The position numbers and the translations under genes were made by a program. Shown piece by piece: positions 63,965-64,000 of a stretch of DNA of 64,000 nucleotides (positions are counted from its first letter, which is position 1; each line of letters starts with the position of its first letter). The stretch is from Prasinococcaceae sp. CCMP 1430 (lineage: Eukaryota > Plantae > Prasinodermophyta), in the NCBI GenBank assembly GCA_013416795.1, contig RQSC01000025.1, positions 62,001 to 126,000 on the forward strand. Direction: 5' to 3'. The notes beneath the pieces were generated by a model. The model did no database searches, was not told where the DNA came from, and saw only the letters and a program-made list of their open reading frames with translations.

Positions 63965-64000
63965 CTACATCGCCGCGCCTGCAATAAACCCTGTATACGA

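Noticed and set aside
1-64000. tRNA, rRNA, snoRNA or transposase genes
   Set aside because: None were recognisable by eye. tRNAscan-SE, Infernal and RepeatModeler runs would be needed to exclude them formally.

Overview
Gene-dense, very GC-rich eukaryotic nuclear DNA with about 26 protein-coding genes in 64 kb, short GC-rich GT-AG introns and three N gaps. It is most consistent with a compact green-algal (prasinophyte-like) genome, based on plant/chloroplast-type genes (PRT1, DRT102, organellar GyrA, DnaJ, an FNR-like protein), TGTAA poly(A) signals and AAACCCTA telo-boxes. Genes identified: a PhyH dioxygenase fused to a Tat-signal/NTF2-like module, ArgRS, an ankyrin-CS protein, CDT2, allantoinase, glucosidase II beta, a sulfotransferase, PRT1, an FNR-like oxidoreductase, ECO1/ESCO, PurH, a DPP4-family peptidase, MiaB/CDK5RAP1, NELF-B, DnaJ, OXA1, eIF2B-alpha, homomeric acetyl-CoA carboxylase, a large subtilase, RpiB/DRT102, ABCB, a high-identity WD40 array, GyrA and ABCF. 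No rRNA, tRNA, CRISPR array or transposase was recognised. The most unusual observations are: (1) a dispersed family of palindromic TACCATC-W-GATGGTA units clustered mainly in divergent intergenic spacers, plus a second GGAATCC/ATGGATTCCAT family; (2) a HET-E-like WD40 array showing repeat shuffling and hypervariable positions but no NTPase domain; (3) an intron-containing ArgRS with archaeal-type motifs; (4) NELF-B in a green-lineage genome; and (5) the PhyH-internal Tat signal-NTF2 fusion. All family assignments come from motif recognition, not database searches.
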